Of a stretch of 64,000 bases of DNA, positions 29,743 through 38,190 are shown in pieces. The notes below the pieces were generated by a model. The model was not told where the DNA came from, searched no databases, and saw only the letters and a program-made list of their open reading frames with translations. Made by a program: the position numbers and the translations under genes. The stretch covers positions 11,473 to 75,472 of the forward strand of contig JAHLMO010000001.1 in assembly GCA_018920305.1 (NCBI GenBank), in the 5' to 3' direction. The first letter of the stretch is position 1; the number at the start of each line of letters is the position of its first letter. This stretch comes from Candidatus Aenigmatarchaeota archaeon. GTDB taxonomy: Archaea; Aenigmatarchaeota; Aenigmatarchaeia; CG10238-14; SpSt-28.

Positions 29743-30147
29743 TTAAATTCTTTTTTCTTTTCTTAGATTTTCGAACTCATAAAAGAATGAAAGTTTCTCA
29801 AAAAATCCTTTTAAATCTTTATAGTTTTCCAAAATATCTCCCAATATCTTAAATAAATCCCATCTACAAATTGGTAGTGTTTTTAGCTTTTCGATTCTTT
29901 CAATTTCTTTTTGATCTACTTTCTTATCTTTCAAAAAATTAATAATTTTTTCCAATATCTCTTTATTAGTATCACTTTTCGGTAAAGTTAAATATAAAGG
30001 TTCTTTACAAATAATACAATTTATAACAGAAAGAGGTGATTCCTCATTAGATATTTCAAAGTAATCAAAATCCCAAAAGTCTTCATAAAAATCGAATTCA
30101 AAACGCAAGAAAGAACTAGATAAAATTTTATTTAATTCATTTCTCAA
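29743..30147 (-). CDS. Hypothetical acidic protein of 134 aa with a TTG start
   Basis: The track ORF begins at a TTG codon immediately 3' of a GC-rich hairpin. It has no family signature. Confidence 0.4.
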   Translation of the reverse strand: MRNELNKILSSSFLRFEFDFYEDFWDFDYFEISNEESPLSVINCIICKEPLYLTLPKSDTNKEILEKIINFLKDKKVDQKEIERIEKLKTLPICRWDLFKILGDILENYKDLKGFFEKLSFFYEFENLRKEKRI

Positions 30148-30362
30148 CCGGGTTTGAGGACGGTTTCCCCCCCGGCTTTTATTTTTAGAAGATTTGTATC
30201 TATACCTTTCATTTTTAATTTTTCTATATTAGAAAAACAAATAGAATTATAACTGAATTGATCCTCTATAGAATTTGTTGCTGATGAAATTCTAAACTGT
30301 TCCATGTCCTTTTATATTATTAATATATAAAGTTTAAAGAATATAAAGATTTCTATTGTATT
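30148..30362. promoter_or_regulatory. Divergent intergenic region containing a GC-rich hairpin
   Basis: A 215-bp spacer separates divergently transcribed genes. It contains CCGGGTTTGAGGACGGTTTCCCCCCCGG (about 30150-30177), the only GC-rich patch in the region, followed by a T-run. Confidence 0.3.
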
Positions 30363-31145
30363 ATGAATTATAAAGTTTTACTAAATTTTTTAAAAAATAA
30401 GGAGATTATTAAGAAAAAAATAAATGAAATAAAAAATGCTTCAAAATTAAACTTAAAAGAAAAATGGAATTATTATTTACCAAAAGCAAAAGAAGATAAA
30501 TGTATTGCAATAGATGGAAGTTATAATTTCTTAAAGTATAGATCTTTAGTTTTTTATGCAATTAATATTGCTAGCGTAATTTATGAAAACTCAAAAATCA
30601 AAGTTGATGTTTTTCCAATTTTTGATATGGTAGAAGATTTTATTTATTTAGAAGATTTTTTGAAATCTGAAATGTTAAAAAAGGAGATAGAAATTGCCAA
30701 AAATTATTGTAAAGAGTTTAATATAATTCTCGATGGTTCTTTAATTTATTTTTTAAATTTTATTCCACCAAATGAAAGAAAAAATTATTTAAATTTTTTT
30801 GAAGAAAGCGATAAATTAATATTTTCAATATCGAAAACCCCAATTAAAAAAATTGAAGAAATTGATGTAGGATTTTCAAACGAAATATTTAAAGAAAAAA
30901 ATTTTGGAATTATTACGTTTTATTTTAAACTAAAAAAATCTTCACTAGTCTATAAAGTTGAAACTTTTGAGAAAAATAAAGATAGAATTGAAGAAATAGT
31001 TTCATTGATTAAATTTTTTGACTATAGAGGTTATCCATATATCTTAAAAAAAGCACATAAAGAAGCAAAAATATCCAATAAAGATATGGAAAGGTTTGCA
31101 AAAATTTTAGGAATAAAAGAAGAAACCGGAAGAGAAGTATTATGA
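30363..31145 (+). CDS. nurA: NurA-like 5'-3' nuclease
   Basis: The conserved aspartate motifs CIAIDGS and IILDGSLIY are present, and it lies immediately upstream of and overlapping HerA. At 260 aa it is short for NurA. Confidence 0.6.
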   Translation: MNYKVLLNFLKNKEIIKKKINEIKNASKLNLKEKWNYYLPKAKEDKCIAIDGSYNFLKYRSLVFYAINIASVIYENSKIKVDVFPIFDMVEDFIYLEDFLKSEMLKKEIEIAKNYCKEFNIILDGSLIYFLNFIPPNERKNYLNFFEESDKLIFSISKTPIKKIEEIDVGFSNEIFKEKNFGIITFYFKLKKSSLVYKVETFEKNKDRIEEIVSLIKFFDYRGYPYILKKAHKEAKISNKDMERFAKILGIKEETGREVL

Positions 31146-32593
31146 TAATAGGTAGATGTGTTGGGGAGGCAAGAATTAACGAAGTTACATTTATATCTAC
31201 TAAAATGCCAGAAATTGGACAATATGTTATTTTAGAGTATGATAATAAAAAGATTTTAGGAATGATAGAAGATCTAATAAGATTTAATCCTACAATAAAT
31301 GAAGAATTGCTAAGTGAAGAAGAAATAGAATCAATTAAAAAATTTGAAGAGAGTTATGTAATAAAAGGAAAAATAAAAATTCTAGGAGATATAGAGAATT
31401 TAAAATTACCAAAAATCCCTCCAGAACCAGGTACAGCAATCAAAATTGCTACTAAGGAAATCTTAGAGAAAATTTTTGGAAAAGACGAAAAGTCTATAAG
31501 TATTGGAAAGCTTTTAACAAATGAAAATGTTGAAGTTTATGTTAATGTAAATAAAATGATTTCTAGACATTTAGCAATTCTATCTATAACTGGAGCAGGG
31601 AAGTCCAATACTGTATGTGTAATAGTTGAAGAGTTAGCAAAAAAAGGCGTTACAAGTTTAATTTTCGATATGCATAGCGAATATGTAGATGCAGAATTTT
31701 CGAAAAAAAAGATATTACCAACAAAAATTAATCCAATCCATTTACATTATAAAGAAGCTGCAAGAATGATGAATATCGGAGAAGAAGCATATATTCAAGA
31801 GATGTATTTCAGAAAAGCTTGGGAAAGTGTAAAAGAAAAGATAATTAATATGAAAATTAGTTTGAATATAAACGATTTTTTTAACTCTTTAATTAAAGAA
31901 TTAGATAGTTTTGCAAAAAGAGAAAGAAGTTCCGAAGAATCTATATATAAAGTAATTTTAAAGGTTGAAGAATTTAAAGAAAAGTTTGGAGAAATTTTCG
32001 ATTTAAGTTACGATGATATTGTTAATCAAATAGAAAAAGGAAAAGTTAACATATTAAATTTAGGTTCTGTAGATGATGAGGTAGCAGATATCTTTGTAAG
32101 TCATATTTTAAGAAAGATTTTAGAGGAAAGAAAGAAATTCGTAACAAGTGGCAAAGGATTAAGTTTTCCAATATTCGTTATAATAGAAGAAGCTCATATA
32201 TTAATTCCAAAAGAATTTGATACATTTTCAAAATATTGGGCTTCGAGAATTGCTAGAGAAGGTAGAAAATTTGGAGTTGGATTATGCTTAGTAAGTCAAA
32301 GACCAAAAGCTTTAGATGCTAATGTATTAAGTCAAGCAAATAATATGATAATCTTAAAATTAGTTGAACCTAACGATCAAAAATATGTACAAGCAGCTAG
32401 TGAAATGTTAACAGATGAATTATTAGTTCATTTATCTTCATTAAATATTGGAGAAGCTATCGTTATTGGTCCTATGATAAAAATTCCCGCTTTAGTCAAA
32501 ATTCATGAATTCCAAAAAAAGAATATAGGAAAAGATATCGACTTTATAGAAGAAAGTAAAAAAATGGAAAAAAAAGAAATCGATTTAATATAA
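31142..32593 (+). CDS. herA: HerA-like FtsK/HerA-family DNA helicase/ATPase
   Basis: The N-terminus has a HAS-barrel-like region. Walker A is LSITGAGKSNTV and Walker B is IFVIIEEAHILIP. The arginine-finger region is CLVSQRPKALD. Confidence 0.8.
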   Translation: MIIGRCVGEARINEVTFISTKMPEIGQYVILEYDNKKILGMIEDLIRFNPTINEELLSEEEIESIKKFEESYVIKGKIKILGDIENLKLPKIPPEPGTAIKIATKEILEKIFGKDEKSISIGKLLTNENVEVYVNVNKMISRHLAILSITGAGKSNTVCVIVEELAKKGVTSLIFDMHSEYVDAEFSKKKILPTKINPIHLHYKEAARMMNIGEEAYIQEMYFRKAWESVKEKIINMKISLNINDFFNSLIKELDSFAKRERSSEESIYKVILKVEEFKEKFGEIFDLSYDDIVNQIEKGKVNILNLGSVDDEVADIFVSHILRKILEERKKFVTSGKGLSFPIFVIIEEAHILIPKEFDTFSKYWASRIAREGRKFGVGLCLVSQRPKALDANVLSQANNMIILKLVEPNDQKYVQAASEMLTDELLVHLSSLNIGEAIVIGPMIKIPALVKIHEFQKKNIGKDIDFIEESKKMEKKEIDLI

Positions 32594-32626
32594 AAATAAA
32601 AATTAAAATTATTATTATGAACAAAG

Positions 32627-32977
32627 ATGAGAGTAGTAGCAAAGCATGTATTTGGAAGTTTATATGAATGTGATGAAAAAATTCTTAGTAATATTAATAA
32701 ATTAAGAAAAATTGTAAAAGAAGCAGTAAAAATTTCTAATTCTAAGTTAATAAGAATTACTTCCTATAAATTTGGTGGAGGTGGAGGAATTAGTATAATA
32801 GCTATTGTTGCAGAATCTCATATATCTATTCATACTTATCCAGAATATAAATATGCTTTAGTTGATGTTTTTATATGCGGAACTCATACAAAACCAGAAG
32901 AAGCTTTTGAATATATTGTAAAAGAATTAAAAGCGAAAAACTATAACAAAAAAATTGAATTAAGAAATTTAGAATAA
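32627..32977 (+). CDS. speH: S-adenosylmethionine decarboxylase proenzyme (pyruvoyl-dependent, SpeH type)
   Basis: The block IVAESHISIHTYPEYKYALVDVFICG contains the ES/H self-cleavage site. The size, about 116 aa, is typical. Confidence 0.8.
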   Translation: MRVVAKHVFGSLYECDEKILSNINKLRKIVKEAVKISNSKLIRITSYKFGGGGGISIIAIVAESHISIHTYPEYKYALVDVFICGTHTKPEEAFEYIVKELKAKNYNKKIELRNLE

Positions 32978-33310
32978 CTTAAAGTATTTTTTTGTTTTTA
33001 TTATTTTTCTTTTTACTTCTTTAAGAATTTTTTCATCTTGTGTAGCAATTATAAAATTGTCTTTGTACTTAATTATTAATTCGTCTACTTTTCCTTTTTC
33101 TTTTATTACTTTAATTTTATTGCTTCTAATTAATAATTTCACTGCTTTTAAATATCTTTTATTTATATTTCCTATTTCTCCTAAACTACCCTCTAGAATA
33201 TATATCTCGTAATTTCCAAAATTTTCATCTAAAAAATCTTCGAATAATCTAAATTTTTTTTCTTTTATTAAATAAACTAAAAAATTTGTATCTAGTAATA
33301 TCTTTTCCAT
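32969..33310 (-). CDS. PIN-domain protein (VapC-like small nuclease)
   Basis: The N-terminus MEKILLDTNFLVYL is the first PIN acidic motif. The length is 113 aa, and no adjacent antitoxin-like ORF is seen. Confidence 0.55.
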   Translation of the reverse strand: MEKILLDTNFLVYLIKEKKFRLFEDFLDENFGNYEIYILEGSLGEIGNINKRYLKAVKLLIRSNKIKVIKEKGKVDELIIKYKDNFIIATQDEKILKEVKRKIIKTKKYFKLF

Positions 33311-33324
33311 ATTTATTTTTCTTT

Positions 33325-34242
33325 ATGAAAATTTATCCAATTGCATTTGATTCTTTAGGAGTAAGAAGTATGTGTACCTTAGTATGTATCAATAATTTAA
33401 AAATAATTATAGATCCTTATGCTGCATTAGCTCCAAAAAGATTTGGATTGGAGCCAAGTAATTTAGAAATAGATATGCTGAATTTTTATCTGAAGCAAAT
33501 TTACAAAATAGGAAATTTTTGTAATTATGCAATAGTTACTCATTATCATTATGATCATCATCCTAGACCAAACGATACTAATTTTTTTGAAAGTTTTAGA
33601 AATTGTAAATTTCTAATAAAAAATTTTGAAAAAGAACATTATAGTGCAAGAAAAAGAGGAAAACTGTTCGAAGAAAATTTGAAAAAGTTTAAAATAGAAT
33701 ACGAATTTGCAGATAACGAAGAAATAAAAATTGGAAGAACTAAAATAATTTTTTCTGAACCTGTATGGCATGGTGAAGTTAACTCAAAAGTTGGAAGAGT
33801 TATTACACTATTACTTAAATATAAAAAAGAAAAATTCTTTTTCGGAAGTGATGCCCAATTTTTAATAGATGAAAATGCATTAAATTTTGTTTTAGATCAC
33901 AAACCAAAATATCTTATAATAGATGGCTTTCCAACCATATTAGAAGGATATAAAGTAAAAAAAGAAAGTTTTAAAATTGGAGTTAAACATATGGAAAAAA
34001 TTTTTGAAGAAATAAATTACGAGTGGATTATAATTGATCATCATTTATTGAGAGACAAAAATTTTGATAAGAAATTTCCATATTTTGATTATAAAAAAAT
34101 AACTACAGCTGCCAAATATTATAATTTAGAAAATTTACTTTTAGAAGCTTATAGAAAAGAAATATTTGAAAATAAAATAAGTTTTGATCTAAATAAATAT
34201 AAATCACATTTTAGTAACTTGATTAAAAATGTGCTAAGTTAA
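33325..34242 (+). CDS. Metallo-beta-lactamase-fold hydrolase
   Basis: The HxHxDH motif IVTHYHYDHH is present. The start was chosen at the internal Met, whereas the track ORF starts at 33286. Confidence 0.6.
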   Translation: MKIYPIAFDSLGVRSMCTLVCINNLKIIIDPYAALAPKRFGLEPSNLEIDMLNFYLKQIYKIGNFCNYAIVTHYHYDHHPRPNDTNFFESFRNCKFLIKNFEKEHYSARKRGKLFEENLKKFKIEYEFADNEEIKIGRTKIIFSEPVWHGEVNSKVGRVITLLLKYKKEKFFFGSDAQFLIDENALNFVLDHKPKYLIIDGFPTILEGYKVKKESFKIGVKHMEKIFEEINYEWIIIDHHLLRDKNFDKKFPYFDYKKITTAAKYYNLENLLLEAYRKEIFENKISFDLNKYKSHFSNLIKNVLS

Positions 34243-34252
34243 TTAAAAATTT

Positions 34253-34873
34253 ATGAATCGGTTTGAAATATTTAAAGAAAGGAAAAAATCTGCGATACGA
34301 AATCTTTTAGAAGCCATTAAAAATAATGAAGTAGATAAGCCAATAGAAAAAGAATTGTTAAAAATTAATGAGTACGAAATTGTTTATTCAACTTCTAGTT
34401 GCGCAGGAAGAATTGCGCTATTAGTTGATAAAGGAAATAAAAAAGATTCATTTTTTATAGGTAAATGGCATGAAAAAGTTAATGCTGAAGAAATAATTAA
34501 AAGTTTAAAAGAAAATATAAAAAACGACTTGATCTGGTTTAAACAAGAGCCATTTATTATTCATCTTGTTTTTCCAAAAATAAAATTTGCGAGAGATGTA
34601 TTAAAAATTGCGAGAGATGTTGGCTTTAAACATAGCGGTATAATAAGTTTAAAAAAAGAAAAGATTGTTCTAGAGGTTACTGGTTTAGATAGAATAGATT
34701 TTCCTATCGTAATTAATTCGGAACTTACAATTTCTTTAGAAAATTTTATTAAAATAGTTGATTTAGCAAATTCTAAAATGATTAGAAATGCTATTTTGAG
34801 ACAGAAATTTTTTAATTATTTTTTTGAATATCTAGAAAAAAATTCAAAAAAAGAAGTTAACTTAATCGTCTAA
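34253..34873 (+). CDS. taw3: tRNA wyosine-derivative biosynthesis protein Taw3 (TYW3 family)
   Basis: It has the conserved SSCSGR-like block VYSTSSCAGRIALL, and its length is typical of the family. Confidence 0.65.
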   Translation: MNRFEIFKERKKSAIRNLLEAIKNNEVDKPIEKELLKINEYEIVYSTSSCAGRIALLVDKGNKKDSFFIGKWHEKVNAEEIIKSLKENIKNDLIWFKQEPFIIHLVFPKIKFARDVLKIARDVGFKHSGIISLKKEKIVLEVTGLDRIDFPIVINSELTISLENFIKIVDLANSKMIRNAILRQKFFNYFFEYLEKNSKKEVNLIV

Positions 34874-34893
34874 ATATTTGATAAATTATTCTT

Positions 34894-35460
34894 TTATTCT
34901 TCAAATATTTCTGCTTCAAACTCGTAAATTTCTGTTTCCTCATCTAACCAACAATCTTTTCTTAAACCAGCTTTTAAACACAAATTTTCTAAAAATTCTT
35001 TTTTATCTTTAATTATTTTCCATACTTGTGGTAAAAATAGCGCAGATTGAAATCCTTTAACTATCATATAGCCCTTATTTTTATCTAATATGTTTAGTAT
35101 ATCTATTCTGTTTTTAACTTTATTATCTATTCTTTTCATTTCGCCCAAAATACTTACCTCTATTTTTATATCTTTTAATTCTGCTTCTTTTAACTCTTCA
35201 AATCTAGGATCTTTACAAGCTTCTTTTGCTGCTTTAGATATTGCAATTGCTAAAGGATATATAGGATAAGGAAATCCTATACAACCTCTTAAATTATTAT
35301 TTTTATAGATACTAACAAAAACTCCTTTTAATTCTGAAAATTGTTTAGGTAAACTATTTAAATCTATTTCAATTTCTTTCTTATTTTTTACGAAATTGAC
35401 TATCGATTTTTTAGCAATATCTAAAACAACTTTTTTAAAATTATTTTCATTTCCTCTCAT
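34894..35460 (-). CDS. AMMECR1-domain protein
   Basis: The LRGCIGFPYP motif is characteristic of AMMECR1. Confidence 0.8.
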   Translation of the reverse strand: MRGNENNFKKVVLDIAKKSIVNFVKNKKEIEIDLNSLPKQFSELKGVFVSIYKNNNLRGCIGFPYPIYPLAIAISKAAKEACKDPRFEELKEAELKDIKIEVSILGEMKRIDNKVKNRIDILNILDKNKGYMIVKGFQSALFLPQVWKIIKDKKEFLENLCLKAGLRKDCWLDEETEIYEFEAEIFEE

Positions 35461-35515
35461 TTAATTTATCTATTTTAAAGACAGAAATCTATAAATTTAT
35501 AATTTTATAATTGTT

Positions 35516-35905
35516 ATGGCTAAATATCACGAAGAAATTAAGGGAAGAACTCCTACAGGAGCAAAATTTATTCCTCGTTATAAAGTTAAAAAGAAATGTC
35601 ATTTAGGTGGGGATGAAATATTAGTAGAATTAAGAGATAGAGAAAGAAAAATAGTAAGAAGAACTAAAGGTGGAAATAAAAAATTTAAGCTAAGATTTGC
35701 AACATATGCTAATGTATTCGATGGAAAAAATTATAAAAAGGTAAAAATTTTAGATGTTATAGAAAATAAAGCTCACCCTCTTTATGAAAGAAGAAAAATA
35801 ATTACAAAAGGTGCAATAATAAAAACAGAAATTGGATTAGCTAAAGTAACATCGAGACCCTCGCAACATGGAGTAGTTAACGCAATATTAATTCAAAAAA
35901 GTTAA
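35516..35905 (+). CDS. rps8e: Ribosomal protein eS8
   Basis: GRTPTGAKFIPRYKVKKKCHLGG...RRTKGGNKKFKLRFATYANV matches eS8. Confidence 0.8.
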   Translation: MAKYHEEIKGRTPTGAKFIPRYKVKKKCHLGGDEILVELRDRERKIVRRTKGGNKKFKLRFATYANVFDGKNYKKVKILDVIENKAHPLYERRKIITKGAIIKTEIGLAKVTSRPSQHGVVNAILIQKS

Positions 35906-36603
35906 ATTTCTAAAACTAATTCGTCTTCTGATAAAAATTTAGAAAAAAATCTATTAATATTTTCTAAATCTCTTCTAAATAATTTTTCATAAACTATTGA
36001 ATCTTCTTTTACTCCATGACTAAAATCGATTAGATAGATTTTATCATTACCAACTAAAATGTTATGCTCACTTAAATCACCATGTACTAAGCCTATTTTC
36101 TTTAATTTTTTTAAATTCTCAATTACTTGATTATAGAAATCTTTCGCAATTTCATAATCTAACTTAACATCTTTTAATAAAGGATATGGAATTTCATTCT
36201 CTCCCAAAAATTCCATTACTAAAATATTTTGATATGAAGCTATAGGTTTTGGACAATTAACTTTCGCTTTTTCATAAGCAAGTTTCAAATTTCTATATTC
36301 CCTATTGCACCAATAAAAAACTACATTTCTTTTCTCTCTTTTTATCCTTTCATATCTAGGGTCTAAAACTAATAAATTTCTTATCATCTTAAAATCAGAA
36401 TGATATATCCTATATATCTTTATAGCAACATAATTTTTTTCAAAATCTTTTCCCAAAAAAACAACACTTTCTTTTCCTTCTTTAATAATTTTTACTAATC
36501 CAAAAATTATCATTTTATTTCTTAACTCAACTAAAGCTTTTACAGTTAAATCATCTAAAACCTTAGAATATACTTTTAATTCTTCTTTAAATTCTAGGCT
36601 CAT
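35902..36603 (-). CDS. rio1: RIO-type serine/threonine protein kinase (Rio1-like)
   Basis: The ATP-binding region is KESVVF...VAIKIYR, and the catalytic/metal-binding blocks are LVHGDLSEHNILV and IYLIDFSHGV. Confidence 0.8.
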   Translation of the reverse strand: MSLEFKEELKVYSKVLDDLTVKALVELRNKMIIFGLVKIIKEGKESVVFLGKDFEKNYVAIKIYRIYHSDFKMIRNLLVLDPRYERIKREKRNVVFYWCNREYRNLKLAYEKAKVNCPKPIASYQNILVMEFLGENEIPYPLLKDVKLDYEIAKDFYNQVIENLKKLKKIGLVHGDLSEHNILVGNDKIYLIDFSHGVKEDSIVYEKLFRRDLENINRFFSKFLSEDELVLEI

Positions 36604-36892
36604 TTGGCAAATTTTTTATGTATCCATTCTTTCTTAACCAATTAGCTTCAGATTGAGTGTATACATGTATAATATCGCATCTATCATCCATAAAAGGCCA
36701 TTTTTTTATTAATACAACATCTCCGACCTTAACCCAAAATTTCCTCGCAATTTTTCCAGCAATTCTTGCCATTCTTTCTTTTCCATCTTCACAAATAACT
36801 TTAACTTTATCTCCAGCATAGAACATTTCAACTAAAGCGTACGTTTCTCCATTTTTTTCATCAGCAATTCTAACTTTGGTTTCCTCACTCAT
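36587..36892 (-). CDS. eif1a: Translation initiation factor 1A (aIF1A)
   Basis: The OB-fold S1-like domain contains ...KVGDVVLIKKWPFMDDRCDIIHVY..., typical of eIF1A. It shares the conserved archaeal neighbourhood with Rio kinase. Confidence 0.8.
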   Translation of the reverse strand: MSEETKVRIADEKNGETYALVEMFYAGDKVKVICEDGKERMARIAGKIARKFWVKVGDVVLIKKWPFMDDRCDIIHVYTQSEANWLRKNGYIKNLPNEPRI

Positions 36893-37554
36893 ATTTTTCT
36901 TATTAATATCGTATCCAAATATACTTTTTTTCCTTCTTTTATTCCAACTAAAGTTTTCGATATTTTATACTCTATAGGAAATTCTTTAGATATAAAATTT
37001 AATATTTCATACGCAGTTGACTTTGAACCAATATATAAATCTATACCCTCTTTTCTTTTCTCTATCTTTGATATAAAACTTAAAAAGTCTGTCTTATTTC
37101 TTTTTTCAACTATATTTTGAATTTTTTTTAGTAACTCTTCACTAACTTCAAATCTAAGTTGAATTATTGCTTGCTTATAACCGCTATTTTTCATAGCACA
37201 AAACTTACAAACAAATGGTTTTTCTCTTACTTCTATTTCTTTTTTTGAAATAATTATATTATTTTTTAAAAAAGTTATCGATATTCTATTTTCAAATATT
37301 TCAAAGTTTTTATCTAAATTAATTTTTTTGAAAATATCATAATGAAGAGAAAAATGAGATAAAGCTTCTTCATAAGAATTGAACAAGTATTTTTTAGATA
37401 AGGAATATCTATTACAATATTTACATTTATAAATTGAAATAAATTTAGGAATTTTAATCCTATTTTCAAAATCTCTTCTAAAGCAATCTAAACAAAATTT
37501 TTCAATAAATATTTTTGTTTCCTTTCCACACTTTGGGCATATAGTTCTTATCAT
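36889..37554 (-). CDS. Zinc-finger protein, possibly NMD3-family (ribosomal 60S export adaptor homolog)
   Basis: The N-terminal Cys clusters are ICPKCGKE...FCLDCF...YKCKYCNRY...CKFCAM. It is the operon partner of aIF1A-Rio, and the family assignment is tentative. Confidence 0.35.
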   Translation of the reverse strand: MIRTICPKCGKETKIFIEKFCLDCFRRDFENRIKIPKFISIYKCKYCNRYSLSKKYLFNSYEEALSHFSLHYDIFKKINLDKNFEIFENRISITFLKNNIIISKKEIEVREKPFVCKFCAMKNSGYKQAIIQLRFEVSEELLKKIQNIVEKRNKTDFLSFISKIEKRKEGIDLYIGSKSTAYEILNFISKEFPIEYKISKTLVGIKEGKKVYLDTILIRKI

Positions 37555-37589
37555 TAAAAATAAATAGTTTAATTGTAAAAAAACAATTA

Positions 37590-38183
37590 ATGAAATATAC
37601 TTTAATACTATTAGCTTTGATTTTTATTAGCTTTATTTTTCAAATTTTAATCGAAGGTTATACACGATTTTTAGCTTTAATTCCAAGCAAAGTTTTTGAA
37701 GGAGAAATTTATAGAATTGTAACTTCTATTTTTTTACATGGTGATGAAATTCATCTTTTTTTCAATTCTTTTGCCCTATTTATATTTGGTAGTGTTTTAG
37801 AAAAGGTAATAGGAGGTAAAAGGTATTTACTTGTTTTTTTCTTAAGCGGAATTATTGGAAGTATTGCATACATTCTTACTAGTATTTTATTAAATGAAAT
37901 TAATATACCAGCTGTTGGAGCAAGCGGAGCAATTTATGGAATAATCGGAACTTTAGCAATTTTAAGACCAACAACAATAGTTTTAGTTTATTTTGTTCCA
38001 ATTCCAATTTTGTTTTTTGCATTTTTCTGGATTATAGTAGAAAGTTTAGCAACTTTATTTCAATTCTTTGGCGTAAAAACTGGTATAGCATCTCAAGCGC
38101 ATTTAGCTGGAATAATTTTTGGAATACTTTATGGTTATAATCTAAAAGAAAAAGGTAAGATAAGAATAAGATATGAAATATGA
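37590..38183 (+). CDS. Rhomboid-family intramembrane serine protease
   Basis: The catalytic GxSG is GASGAIYGIIG and the downstream His is AHLAGIIFG. There are about 6 TM helices. Confidence 0.8.
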   Translation: MKYTLILLALIFISFIFQILIEGYTRFLALIPSKVFEGEIYRIVTSIFLHGDEIHLFFNSFALFIFGSVLEKVIGGKRYLLVFFLSGIIGSIAYILTSILLNEINIPAVGASGAIYGIIGTLAILRPTTIVLVYFVPIPILFFAFFWIIVESLATLFQFFGVKTGIASQAHLAGIIFGILYGYNLKEKGKIRIRYEI

Positions 38184-38190
38184 AATATAA

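Noticed and set aside
30226-30300. A possible C/D-box sRNA (CTGA ... TGATGA elements) in the 30148-30362 intergenic region
   Set aside because: Box order and spacing do not fit C-D'-C'-D architecture, and no terminal D box lies within range of the TGATGA.
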